A stretch of 43,223 bases of DNA from an uncultured Dehalococcoidales bacterium (GTDB lineage: Bacteria > Chloroflexota > Dehalococcoidia > GIF9 > UBA5629): NCBI GenBank assembly GCA_964448985.1, contig CAYVBI010000002.1:1-43223 (forward strand), in the 5' to 3' direction. Positions within the stretch are counted from its first letter, which is position 1. Each line of letters begins with the position of its first letter. The notes under the pieces are model-generated. The model was given only the letters and a program-made list of their open reading frames with translations, made no database searches and had not been told where the DNA came from. Position numbers and translations under genes: made by a program. Shown here piece by piece: positions 31,772 through 41,030 of this stretch.

Positions 31772-33904
31772 TTGAAGCGGATATATCTGGGCCTGGCTAT
31801 TCACAACCATCAGCCTCTGGGCAATTTTCCATGGGTTTTTGAAGGTGCATACCGGCAAGCTTATTTGCCGATGCTCGAGACGCTGGGACATCACCCGTCT
31901 ATCAGTGTATCCCTGCATTACAGCGGTTGCCTGCTGGACTGGATCTCTGAGCACCGTCCCGAATTCCTGGGATTGCTGGCAAGGTTGATTTCACGTGGGC
32001 AGGTGGAGATGATGGGTGGGGGCTACTATGAGCCGATCCTGTCCATGATACCTGATGCCGATAAATCCGGGCAGATTGGCAGGATGAGCGAGTATGTACG
32101 GCAGCAGTTCGGACGCCGTCCTCGGGGCCTCTGGCTGGCAGAGCGCGTTTGGGAGCCTTCGCTGGTCATGACTCTTGCCGACTCCGGAATAGATTGGACG
32201 CTGGTGGATGATACAGCCTTCAAAATGGTGGGCAAATCTGAGACGGATCTTTTCGGCTATTTCAAAACCGAGGAGCAAGGCAGGTACATTAAGGTCTTTC
32301 CCATTAGCAAGCGCCTGCGCTATGCCATACCGTGGCATAACGCGGGTGATGTAATCGCCTATTTAAGAGAAAACGCATCGGAAAGCGGGGAAAGGATAAT
32401 GGTGCTGGGTGATGACGGCGAGAAATTCGGCGTCTGGCCGCAGACTGAAAAATTGTGCTGGGAAGCCGGTTGGATTGATGATTTTTTTTCGTCTATCGAA
32501 AAAAATAAGGAGTGGCTGTCAACCATCAAACTTAGTGATTACGCGGAAAAACATGGGCCGGCGGGCAGGGTATACCTGCCCTGCTCGTCCTATGACGAGA
32601 TGCTGGAATGGTCGCTGCCTGCCGACGTATCTGAGCAGTATGTGGAGTTGAAACACCGCCCGTCTGGTGACGGGGGTATCCTGGATGGCATGTTCAGCGG
32701 TTACTGGCGAAATTTCCTGGTCAAGTACCCGGAGATAAACCGTATGCAGAAGAAGATGCTCGCAGTCAGCGCCAGGGTCCACCGGGCGCGAACTTCCAGT
32801 GAAGCTGATTGCGGGATCGAATACCTCTGGAAAGCACAATGCAACTGTCCTTACTGGCATGGTGTGTTCGGAGGTATCTATTTGCCGGATATAAGGGCAA
32901 CAGCCTTCACTAATTTAATTAGGGCGGAGAACTGTGCAGATGCGGTGTTGGGGGACACCGTCCCGGGATACCGCTGGCAGCAGGTTGATTTCGATGGTGA
33001 TGGTCATGAAGAGATAATAGTCGAAGGCGAGGACCTTAACCTGTACCTCAGCCCTGCGGAGGGAGGCAGCATATTTGAGTGGGACGTGCGGAAGCATACC
33101 TATAATGTGCTCAGCACAGTATCGCGCAAGCCGGAGGCCTACCACAGGGCGCTGTCCGCAGATGAGAACACCCGTCAGAAATCACAGAATAGCAGCGATA
33201 TCCACAGCATACACGACGGCGTGAAGATCAAGGACAGTGATGTCGCAGACTGGTTGATCTATGATGTGCTGCCACGCTCCAGCCTTATCGACCGTTTCCT
33301 GGATAGCCAGGTTGTGATGGCAGATTACCGGAAGAACGTTTTTGAGGACAGGGGGGATTTCGCCGGGCAGCCTTACATTTGCGGGGTCGTCACGGAGGTC
33401 GACACCCTGAAGATCGACCTGGAGCGTGAGGGCACACTGCTTTGCTCACACGGCCCATGCAGCCTCGTTCTGAGTAAAAATATTACGCTGGAGCGTAACA
33501 ACGGCAGCCTTAATATCGGCTATAGATTTGTCAACACCGGCAATACGTCCATAAATACTATCTTTGCGGGAGAATGGAACATTAATCTGCTGGGGGGAGG
33601 CCGTAACGAAGCAGCCTATTATCGTATTGCAGGCAGAGATATCGGAGATAACCACCTTGATTCCAGCGGTGAGATAGCGGGCGCTGACCGGCTCATTATG
33701 GGCAACCGTTACCTGGGATTCGAGCTTGAACTGGAGATCGACCGGCCGTTGACCATCTGGCGCTATCCTGTGGAAAGCATATCCAATTCCGAGGCTGGCC
33801 TGGAAAAGGTCTACCAGTGCAGTTGCGTGGTGATACTGCTGCCTTTGACTGTAGGACCGGGACAGACGGCTTCATTTAACTACAGCTGGCGGGTGATGAA
33901 ATGA
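31772..33904 (+). CDS. GH57-family alpha-amylase/4-alpha-glucanotransferase-type enzyme
   Basis: TTG start. Motifs HNHQP, GQVEMMGGGYYEP, WLAERVWEP (nucleophile Glu) and GDDGEKFG (Asp). 710 aa with a long C-terminal beta-rich region. Confidence 0.85.
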   Translation: MKRIYLGLAIHNHQPLGNFPWVFEGAYRQAYLPMLETLGHHPSISVSLHYSGCLLDWISEHRPEFLGLLARLISRGQVEMMGGGYYEPILSMIPDADKSGQIGRMSEYVRQQFGRRPRGLWLAERVWEPSLVMTLADSGIDWTLVDDTAFKMVGKSETDLFGYFKTEEQGRYIKVFPISKRLRYAIPWHNAGDVIAYLRENASESGERIMVLGDDGEKFGVWPQTEKLCWEAGWIDDFFSSIEKNKEWLSTIKLSDYAEKHGPAGRVYLPCSSYDEMLEWSLPADVSEQYVELKHRPSGDGGILDGMFSGYWRNFLVKYPEINRMQKKMLAVSARVHRARTSSEADCGIEYLWKAQCNCPYWHGVFGGIYLPDIRATAFTNLIRAENCADAVLGDTVPGYRWQQVDFDGDGHEEIIVEGEDLNLYLSPAEGGSIFEWDVRKHTYNVLSTVSRKPEAYHRALSADENTRQKSQNSSDIHSIHDGVKIKDSDVADWLIYDVLPRSSLIDRFLDSQVVMADYRKNVFEDRGDFAGQPYICGVVTEVDTLKIDLEREGTLLCSHGPCSLVLSKNITLERNNGSLNIGYRFVNTGNTSINTIFAGEWNINLLGGGRNEAAYYRIAGRDIGDNHLDSSGEIAGADRLIMGNRYLGFELELEIDRPLTIWRYPVESISNSEAGLEKVYQCSCVVILLPLTVGPGQTASFNYSWRVMK

Positions 33905-36483
33905 CGGCCAGAGAGGTATCCCACACTCCGCTGAGAAAACAGTACCTCCGCATCAAGCAGAAATACCCCGGCGCCATTGTATTCTTCCGCCTGGGTGATT
34001 TTTATGAAACATTCGACGAGGATGCCAGGATCACCTCTCGCGAGCTTGAGATTGTACTCACTTCGAGGGAGATGGGCAAAGGTGTAAAAGTTCCACTGGC
34101 CGGTATACCCTACCATGCCCTGGAGAATTACCTGGCGCGGCTGATAAGCCGTGGCTATAAGGTAGCTATCTGTGAGCAATTGACACCCCCGGGCAAAGGC
34201 CTGGTTGAGCGGGATGTGATCAGGGTGGTTACACCGGGCACACTTATTGAGCCTGGTCTGCTTGCAGAGAAGAGCAATAACTATCTGATCAGCCTGCTGA
34301 TGCATAAAGGCCAGGCCGGCATCGCCTTCGCAGATATTACCACCGGTGAGTTTGCTGTAACGCAGATGGACCGGGAACGGGCTGCCGACGAGTTAGCCAG
34401 GCTGAATCCGGCCGAGCTCATCGTACCAAAATTATCAGCGTACGCCGAAATCAGTGCTTTCCGTAATATAACAGAGGTGGAAGCCTATTTCTTTGAGCGG
34501 GAGGCCGCGGCTCAGTCGTTGATGGAACTTTTCTCCGCATCATCTCTGGAAGGTTACGGTTGTGAACATCTTCCGCTGGCGGTGGGTGCGGCGGGCGCCA
34601 TTGTAGCCTATCTGAAGGAGAACCAGAAAGCAGCTCTGGGACTGCTCAATCCACTCTCGACCTATTCCACCTCGTCCTTCATGACGCTTGATATGCAGAC
34701 CATACGTAATTTGGAGCTATACAACAGCCTGCGCTGGGGTTCGGCCCAGGGATCGCTCATATCGGTATTAGATATCACAAGGACATCCATGGGAGGCCGC
34801 CTGCTGAAAAAATTCATCGGCCAGCCGCTGCTCGAGCTTGAGGCTCTGGATCAGCGCCAGCAGGCTGTGGGATGGTTCTTCAATAATACTATGCTGCGCG
34901 GCACGGTCATCTCGCTGCTGGCCGACATGCCTGATATCGAACGCATCATCAACAGGGTGCGCAGTGGCAGCGCCCTGCCGAGGGAACTGGTGGCGCTAAA
35001 GACCGGCCTGGAGAAATTAGCTACGATACAGGCGTCGCTGGATGAAAATAGTCCGCCCTCCCACCTTAGCGACGGCCTTAAGCCCTGTCCGGATGTGGTT
35101 GAACTGGTATCCAACGCTATCGCCGACCACCCTGCTTCCAATTTCGATCATGGAGGGGTCATCAGGAAGGGTTTTTCAGAGGAGCTTGATAGGGTCAGGG
35201 CCATGGCTTCCGATGCACGGCAGTTTCTGGCCGGGCTGGAGAAACAGGAAAGAGTGCGCACCGGCATCAAGTCGCTCAAGCTGGGCTATAACCGGGTTTT
35301 TGGCTATTACATAGAAGTGTCGCAGTCCAACCTGGGCGCGGTGCCCTCGGACTATATTCGTAAACAAACTCTGGCCAACGGGGAACGTTTCTACACTCCG
35401 CAACTCAAGGAGTATGAGGCTCTCATTCTCAACGCGCAGGAGAGGATGATTGATCTGGAGAAGACCGTTTTCAATCAGGTGTGCCGTCAGATCGCCGACC
35501 AGGGCGAAAGAATCCTGGAATCGGGCAGGGCGCTGGCAAAGGTGGACGTTTTCTCCAGCCTTGCCGAGTTGGCCGTGCGCAACAAATATGTGAAGCCGGA
35601 GTTGAATGACGGGGATTCCATTATGATCAGGGGCGGCAGGCATCCGGTCGTAGAGAAGGCGCTGGGCAGCGGCGCATTTATCCCCAATGATACGGCGCTT
35701 TCCGGCAGAGATGACCAGTTGATTGTACTGACCGGCCCCAATATGGCTGGCAAGTCAACATACTTGAAGCAGGTGGCGCTGATCGTTCTGCTGGCCCAGA
35801 CCGGGAGCTATGTACCGGCTGATGAAGCCGTTATCGGGCTGGTAGACCGCATATTCACACGCATCGGAGCACAGGAGGACATAGCGGCCGGGCAATCCAC
35901 GTTCATGGTCGAGATGATCGAGGTGGCCAACATTCTCAATAACGCGACAGCCAGGTCGCTGCTGATACTGGACGAGGTCGGGCGGGGTACCAGCACCTAC
36001 GACGGGCTTTCCATCGCCTGGGCTACCATCGAATATATACATAACAACGCCAGGTTGCGGGCCAGGACTCTTTTTGCCACTCATTATCACGAGCTGGTGG
36101 AGCTGGCTGCCAGCCTGCCGCGGGTGAAAAACTACAACATGGCCGTGGCCGAGGAGGGTGGTAAAGTCATCTTCCTGCGCAAAGTCATTCCCGGGGGGGC
36201 TGACCGCAGCTACGGCATACATGTGGCTCAGCTTGCCGGATTGCCCAAAGCTGTGATACGCCGTGCGGAGCAGATATTGCAGCGGTTGGAAGAGGAGCAG
36301 GCCTCGCGCAGGAACGGTACGGGCGGAGACCCATCCGAGGCACAAGCTCTGCAGCTATCCATATTCGGACAGTCCTCTGAGATCGAAGCGGAGCTTAAGA
36401 ACCTTGATATAGATTCAATGTCGCCTATTGAGGCGATTAATAAATTGTATGAGTTGAAAAAGAAGGCGGGGCGTGAAACATAG
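33901..36483 (+). CDS. mutS: DNA mismatch repair protein MutS
   Basis: 860 aa. Motifs TPLRKQYLRIKQKYP...FFRLGDFYETF, Walker A GPNMAGKST and ILDEVGRGTSTYDG. Confidence 0.95.
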   Translation: MTAREVSHTPLRKQYLRIKQKYPGAIVFFRLGDFYETFDEDARITSRELEIVLTSREMGKGVKVPLAGIPYHALENYLARLISRGYKVAICEQLTPPGKGLVERDVIRVVTPGTLIEPGLLAEKSNNYLISLLMHKGQAGIAFADITTGEFAVTQMDRERAADELARLNPAELIVPKLSAYAEISAFRNITEVEAYFFEREAAAQSLMELFSASSLEGYGCEHLPLAVGAAGAIVAYLKENQKAALGLLNPLSTYSTSSFMTLDMQTIRNLELYNSLRWGSAQGSLISVLDITRTSMGGRLLKKFIGQPLLELEALDQRQQAVGWFFNNTMLRGTVISLLADMPDIERIINRVRSGSALPRELVALKTGLEKLATIQASLDENSPPSHLSDGLKPCPDVVELVSNAIADHPASNFDHGGVIRKGFSEELDRVRAMASDARQFLAGLEKQERVRTGIKSLKLGYNRVFGYYIEVSQSNLGAVPSDYIRKQTLANGERFYTPQLKEYEALILNAQERMIDLEKTVFNQVCRQIADQGERILESGRALAKVDVFSSLAELAVRNKYVKPELNDGDSIMIRGGRHPVVEKALGSGAFIPNDTALSGRDDQLIVLTGPNMAGKSTYLKQVALIVLLAQTGSYVPADEAVIGLVDRIFTRIGAQEDIAAGQSTFMVEMIEVANILNNATARSLLILDEVGRGTSTYDGLSIAWATIEYIHNNARLRARTLFATHYHELVELAASLPRVKNYNMAVAEEGGKVIFLRKVIPGGADRSYGIHVAQLAGLPKAVIRRAEQILQRLEEEQASRRNGTGGDPSEAQALQLSIFGQSSEIEAELKNLDIDSMSPIEAINKLYELKKKAGRET

Positions 36484-36542
36484 CGATACCGAAACAGAAG
36501 GCGTGGCACTCGAGCGGCAGAATAGCGGTATCTGTAGAAAAG

Positions 36543-36551
36543 TGCTATAGT
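36543..36551 (+). promoter_or_regulatory. Candidate extended -10 promoter element (TGcTATAGT) directly upstream of argJ
   Basis: The -10 ends 9 nt before ATG 36561, and there is no SD in between. Confidence 0.3.
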
Positions 36552-36560
36552 CTTAACCTC

Positions 36561-37766
36561 ATGAAAGAGAAAATAGAGGAGATCAAACAGGGCACGGTAA
36601 CGTCGCCACAGGGTTTCCTGGCTGGCGCCGTTGAGGCTGCAATCAAATATAAGGGTCGACTGGATCTGGGCTTACTTTATTCCGAAGGCCCCGCAGTTTC
36701 CGCCGCGGTCTTCACTACGAGCAAGGTTAAAGCGGCCTCCATTACTATCAGTATGAGGAATAGTGAAAAGCGTAGGGCCCGTGCTGTGGTAGTGAATTCG
36801 GGTTGTGCCAATGCCTGCACGGGCGACAAAGGATTGCGGGATGCCGCCGACATGGCCGCCCTGGCCGCGGAAAAGCTGGGAGTCAGGGCCGAGCAGGTTA
36901 TAGTGGCCAGCACCGGCGTTATCGGCACCGGCATGCCCATGGACAGGATCCAGAAGGGTATCAGCAAAATTGAGTTGCTCAAGAACGGTGGTCATAAACT
37001 GGCCAGGGCCATTATGACGACGGATACACGGCCCAAGGAGATCGCCGTCAGGGTTATGGAACAGAGCGGGCATTATACCATCGGCGGGATAGCCAAAGGT
37101 GCGGGTATGATCCATCCGGATATGGCCACGCTGCTGAGTTTCCTGACAACCGACGCAAAGATCGATCGTATGTTCCTGACAAAAGCGTTGAAAGCCGCTG
37201 TCGATGACAGCTTTAATATGCTTACTATTGACGGCGACACCAGCACAAATGATATGGTATCGATCATGGCCAACGGCAGGGCTGACAATGATATGATCAC
37301 GGCTGAAAACGGCAGGATGTTCAAGCAGGGTTTAAGCAGGGTATGCCGTTACCTGGCCTGTAGCATCGCTGCGGACGGCGAGGGCGCCACCAGGCTGATC
37401 GAAGTATGCGTGGAGAGCGCAAAGAGCAGGTCCCAGGCAAGAAAGGTGGCCAGGCTGATCGCTGCATCCGCGCTGGTAAAATCGGCCGTGCACGGCAATG
37501 ATCCCAACTGGGGCCGTGTTGTGGCTGTTCTGGGACGCAGCGGCGCTGATATGGACGAGAGGGCACTGGACGTTTACCTGCAGGGCGAACAGGTAATGCG
37601 CGCGGGTACCCCGGTGCCTTTTGAGAAGAATAAACTCAGCCGCCGTATGAAGGCCGACGAGGTAACGATCAAGGTCTGCTTGAATATCGGTACAGGAAGT
37701 GCAGTCGCGTGGGGATGCGATCTCTCTCAGGAGTATGTTACTATAAATAGCGATTACACGACCTGA
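36561..37766 (+). CDS. argJ: Bifunctional ornithine acetyltransferase / N-acetylglutamate synthase
   Basis: 401 aa. Motifs GTVTSPQGF and KGAGMIHPDMATLLSFLTTDA (autoprocessing Thr region); ends ...YVTINSDYTT. Confidence 0.92.
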   Translation: MKEKIEEIKQGTVTSPQGFLAGAVEAAIKYKGRLDLGLLYSEGPAVSAAVFTTSKVKAASITISMRNSEKRRARAVVVNSGCANACTGDKGLRDAADMAALAAEKLGVRAEQVIVASTGVIGTGMPMDRIQKGISKIELLKNGGHKLARAIMTTDTRPKEIAVRVMEQSGHYTIGGIAKGAGMIHPDMATLLSFLTTDAKIDRMFLTKALKAAVDDSFNMLTIDGDTSTNDMVSIMANGRADNDMITAENGRMFKQGLSRVCRYLACSIAADGEGATRLIEVCVESAKSRSQARKVARLIAASALVKSAVHGNDPNWGRVVAVLGRSGADMDERALDVYLQGEQVMRAGTPVPFEKNKLSRRMKADEVTIKVCLNIGTGSAVAWGCDLSQEYVTINSDYTT

Positions 37767-37778
37767 CCCGCCCCTGGA

Positions 37779-38579
37779 TTGCATATGTTAAGATCGAAAA
37801 TCATAGTGGTTAAGATCGGCGGCAGTACTCTGGGCCAGAACGATACCACACTGGAAGACCTTGTAACCCTCCAGAAAAAGAAGGTTCCCGTGGTAGTCGT
37901 GCATGGCGGAGGCAATGCAGTCACGGACTGGCTGAGCAAGCTGCATATCTCCACACGCTTCGTACAGGGCTTGCGCGTGACGGATGAAGACACGCTGAAA
38001 GTGGTCACGGCTGTGCTGGCCGGACTGATTAACAAGGAATTGGTTTCCGAGATTTGCCGGAGGGGTGGAAAAGCTGTAGGTATCAGCGGCGCCGACGGAG
38101 CGATAGTAACAGGTAAGAACAGGAACCGTGAGCTGGGGCTGACAGCCGAAGAACTGACAGTAAACTCACGGCTATTAAAAGTACTGCTCAACAACGGCTA
38201 CATGCCGGTAATAGCGCCCGTCTGTATCAATGCCCAGGCCGGTGACAGGGATGATAACAACCTGCTGAACGTCAACGGTGATACCATCGCTGCCGAGATC
38301 GCCGCTGCGCTGGATGCACGAAAATTGATCTTTCTGACCGACGTGCCGGGGATATACGATGATTCCAGACAGGTGATAACTCACATCGATGTCGGCAAGG
38401 CCAGGAATATGATCGAGAGCGGGACCGCCTCGGGTGGTATGGTGGCCAAGCTTGAAGCGGGCGTGATAGCCGCCCGCAAGGTTTCACTCACCCGCATAAT
38501 AGACGGGCGGGTTGGACATGCGCTGATCGACGAGATTGAAGGAAAAGGAAAAGGTACAACAATTGTCAACCATAAATAA
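37779..38579 (+). CDS. argB: Acetylglutamate kinase
   Basis: Motifs IVVKIGGS, VVVHGGG and NVNGDT. The start is TTG 37779 or ATG 37785. Confidence 0.9.
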   Translation: MHMLRSKIIVVKIGGSTLGQNDTTLEDLVTLQKKKVPVVVVHGGGNAVTDWLSKLHISTRFVQGLRVTDEDTLKVVTAVLAGLINKELVSEICRRGGKAVGISGADGAIVTGKNRNRELGLTAEELTVNSRLLKVLLNNGYMPVIAPVCINAQAGDRDDNNLLNVNGDTIAAEIAAALDARKLIFLTDVPGIYDDSRQVITHIDVGKARNMIESGTASGGMVAKLEAGVIAARKVSLTRIIDGRVGHALIDEIEGKGKGTTIVNHK

Positions 38580-39759
38580 TAACTGGAAGGAACTTGAAAA
38601 GACGGTCTACATGCAACTGGCCAAGCGCTGGCCTGTCACCATTGTGCGCGGCAAGGGAATGAAAGTCTGGGATGATAAGGGCAGGGAGTACCTGGACTTC
38701 GTGGCCGGCATCGCTGTAACCAGCCTCGGTCATTGCCATCCTGTGATCGTCAAAGCGCTGACACGCCAGGCCAAAACGCTCATTCAGATGTCCAATATGT
38801 ATTACACCGTACCGCAGCTGCAGCTGGCTGACCTGCTGGTCAGGACGAGCTGTCTTGATCGCGTATTTATCTGTAATAGCGGAGCGGAGGCCAACGAAGG
38901 GGCGATCAAGCTGGCGCGCCGCTACGGTAAGCTAAAGCTGGATGGCGCCTATGAGATTATCACGACGCACGAATCGTTCCATGGAAGGACGCTGGCAACT
39001 ACGGCTGCCACGGGACAGAACCAGTTTCAGGAGCCTTATACCCCGCTGCCAACGGGCTTTATCAACGTCGATTATAACGATCTGGAGGCGATAAAGGCGG
39101 CCACTAATAAACTCACGTGCGCGGTGATGCTGGAACCCATACAGGGTGAGGGTGGGGTCAACATTCCGTCTGATGATTACCTGAAAAAAGTGCGCGCCTG
39201 GTGCGATGAAAAGGGACTGCTGCTCATACTGGATGAGGTCCAGACGGGCATCGCCCGCACCGGCACCCTTTATGCATACCAGCAATATGCAGCGGAGCCT
39301 GATATCATGACGCTGGCCAAAGGCTTGGGTGGAGGCGTGCCCATAGGCGCTTTTCTGGCAAAGGAGCAGGCCTGCGTTTTCAAAATCGGCGAACATGGCA
39401 CTACGTTCGGTGGCAATCCTCTCGTCTGCGCCACGGCTTTTGATGTGCTCAACTATATAATACAGAAGGACCTGGCTGGACATGTCCAGCGTATGGGAGA
39501 GTATCTTCGCACCGGCCTGAAGAGGCTGGCCGCCGACTTCGGGCAGATTAAAGAGGTGCGGGGGAAGGGCTTGCTGGTGGCGCTGCAGTTCAACAGCGAA
39601 ATCGCGGAGGCAGTAGTGCTGGCCTGCCTGGAAAAAGGACTGATCGTGAATAAAGTAAAAGCCGATGTAGTACGCTTTATTCCACCGCTCATCGTCACGG
39701 AGAAAGATATCGATAGGGCGCTGGATGTACTCGGCAAAGTATTGAAAGAGAGGCAATAA
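38536..39759 (+). CDS. argD: Acetylornithine aminotransferase
   Basis: Class-III aminotransferase with GIAVTSLGHCHP, ILDEVQTGIARTG and TTFGGNP. The start is uncertain: TTG 38536 overlaps argB by 44 nt, and the alternatives are TTG 38563 or ATG 38611. Confidence 0.9.
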   Translation: MKEKEKVQQLSTINNNWKELEKTVYMQLAKRWPVTIVRGKGMKVWDDKGREYLDFVAGIAVTSLGHCHPVIVKALTRQAKTLIQMSNMYYTVPQLQLADLLVRTSCLDRVFICNSGAEANEGAIKLARRYGKLKLDGAYEIITTHESFHGRTLATTAATGQNQFQEPYTPLPTGFINVDYNDLEAIKAATNKLTCAVMLEPIQGEGGVNIPSDDYLKKVRAWCDEKGLLLILDEVQTGIARTGTLYAYQQYAAEPDIMTLAKGLGGGVPIGAFLAKEQACVFKIGEHGTTFGGNPLVCATAFDVLNYIIQKDLAGHVQRMGEYLRTGLKRLAADFGQIKEVRGKGLLVALQFNSEIAEAVVLACLEKGLIVNKVKADVVRFIPPLIVTEKDIDRALDVLGKVLKERQ

Positions 39760-39761
39760 AA

Positions 39762-41012
39762 ATGGTAAAAAAAGCCAAGGAAAAGGTTGTCCTGGCCTAC
39801 AGCGGCGGGTTGGACACATCGGTGGCTATCAAGTGGCTGGCTGACAACTACAAGATGGATGTCATCACGCTGTGCGTTAATATCGGTGGTGTCAGGGATG
39901 TGGAGGGCATCAGACAGAAAGCTTTAAAGCTGGGAGCGGTGAAATCGTTCGCTGTCGATGCCAGGGACGAATTTATAGAGGATTACGTTTTCAAGGCCGT
40001 AAAAGCCGATGCGCTGTATGAGGGACAATATCCGCTGGCTACGGCGCTGGGCCGGCCTCTTATGGCCAAGCTGCTGGTGGACCTGGCGCATATGGAGGGG
40101 GCGACCGCTGTTGCGCATGGATCGACCGGAAAGGGCAATGACCAGGTGCGCTTCGATGTAAGTGTGCTTGCGCTGGGGCCGGATCTCAAGATCATAGCCC
40201 CCGCACGCGAGTGGGGGATGACCCGGGATGAGACAATTGAATACGCCCAACGGCACAAGATACCCGTGCCCGTTAAAGTGTCACGTCCATATTCCATCGA
40301 TGAGAATCCGTGGGGCCGCAGCATCGAATGCGGAATACTCGAAGATCCCTGGAATGAGCCGCCGGAGGATATTTACGAATGGACCAAATCTCCCGCCGAG
40401 GCGCCGGACAGGGCTGAATATGTTGAGATTGGATTTGAAGAAGGTGTGCCTATCAGCCTCAACGGCAAGAAAATGGATGGATTGGCCCTCATCGAAAAGC
40501 TCAACGTAATGGCCGGGCGCAACGGCATAGGCAGGATCGACCATATGGAAAGCCGCCTGGTGGGCATAAAATCCAGGGAGAACTACGAGGCCCCGGCTGC
40601 CCTGGTTATCTTAAAATCCCACCTTGCGCTGGAAGCTATGACTCTGACCAGACACCAGCTCAGGTACAAGGAGCGGGTAGCTCAGGAATACTCGGATCTC
40701 ATCTATAACGGCCTGTGGTGCTCCAATCACAGAGAGGACCTGGATGCCTACATCGACAGCTCCCAGAGATATGTATCGGGAACGGTGAGGGTTAAGATGC
40801 ACAAGGGCAACTGCATCATCGTCGGACGCAAATCGCCTCACTCGCTTTACAGCTTCCAGCTGGCAACCTACGACCGTGGCGACCTTTTCGACCAGAGCGA
40901 TTCGGCGAGCTTTATCCGCATCTGGGGCCTGCCGCTGAAGATACAGGCACAGGCGCAGATCATAGGATTGGCCTCACTCAAGAGCGGCAAGAGGAGTAAG
41001 AAGAAGAAATAA
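39762..41012 (+). CDS. argG: Argininosuccinate synthase
   Basis: Motifs AYSGGLDTS and GSTGKGNDQVRF. 416 aa with a Lys-rich tail. Confidence 0.93.
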   Translation: MVKKAKEKVVLAYSGGLDTSVAIKWLADNYKMDVITLCVNIGGVRDVEGIRQKALKLGAVKSFAVDARDEFIEDYVFKAVKADALYEGQYPLATALGRPLMAKLLVDLAHMEGATAVAHGSTGKGNDQVRFDVSVLALGPDLKIIAPAREWGMTRDETIEYAQRHKIPVPVKVSRPYSIDENPWGRSIECGILEDPWNEPPEDIYEWTKSPAEAPDRAEYVEIGFEEGVPISLNGKKMDGLALIEKLNVMAGRNGIGRIDHMESRLVGIKSRENYEAPAALVILKSHLALEAMTLTRHQLRYKERVAQEYSDLIYNGLWCSNHREDLDAYIDSSQRYVSGTVRVKMHKGNCIIVGRKSPHSLYSFQLATYDRGDLFDQSDSASFIRIWGLPLKIQAQAQIIGLASLKSGKRSKKKK

Positions 41013-41030
41013 AAGTATGGCGGGAAAAGG

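Noticed and set aside
35755-36345. A 196-aa ORF antisense to mutS. Similar shadow ORFs occur at 35176-35643 and 36672-37115.
   Set aside because: These are shadow ORFs inside well-supported genes. They have no ribosome-binding sites or motifs, and their composition is biased toward Pro, Gly and Arg.
38932-39819. A 295-aa ORF antisense to argD.
   Set aside because: It lies entirely opposite a confidently identified aminotransferase gene. It has no SD, a low-complexity Arg/Leu/Gln-rich composition and no recognisable motif. Long antisense ORFs are expected in GC-richer coding DNA.
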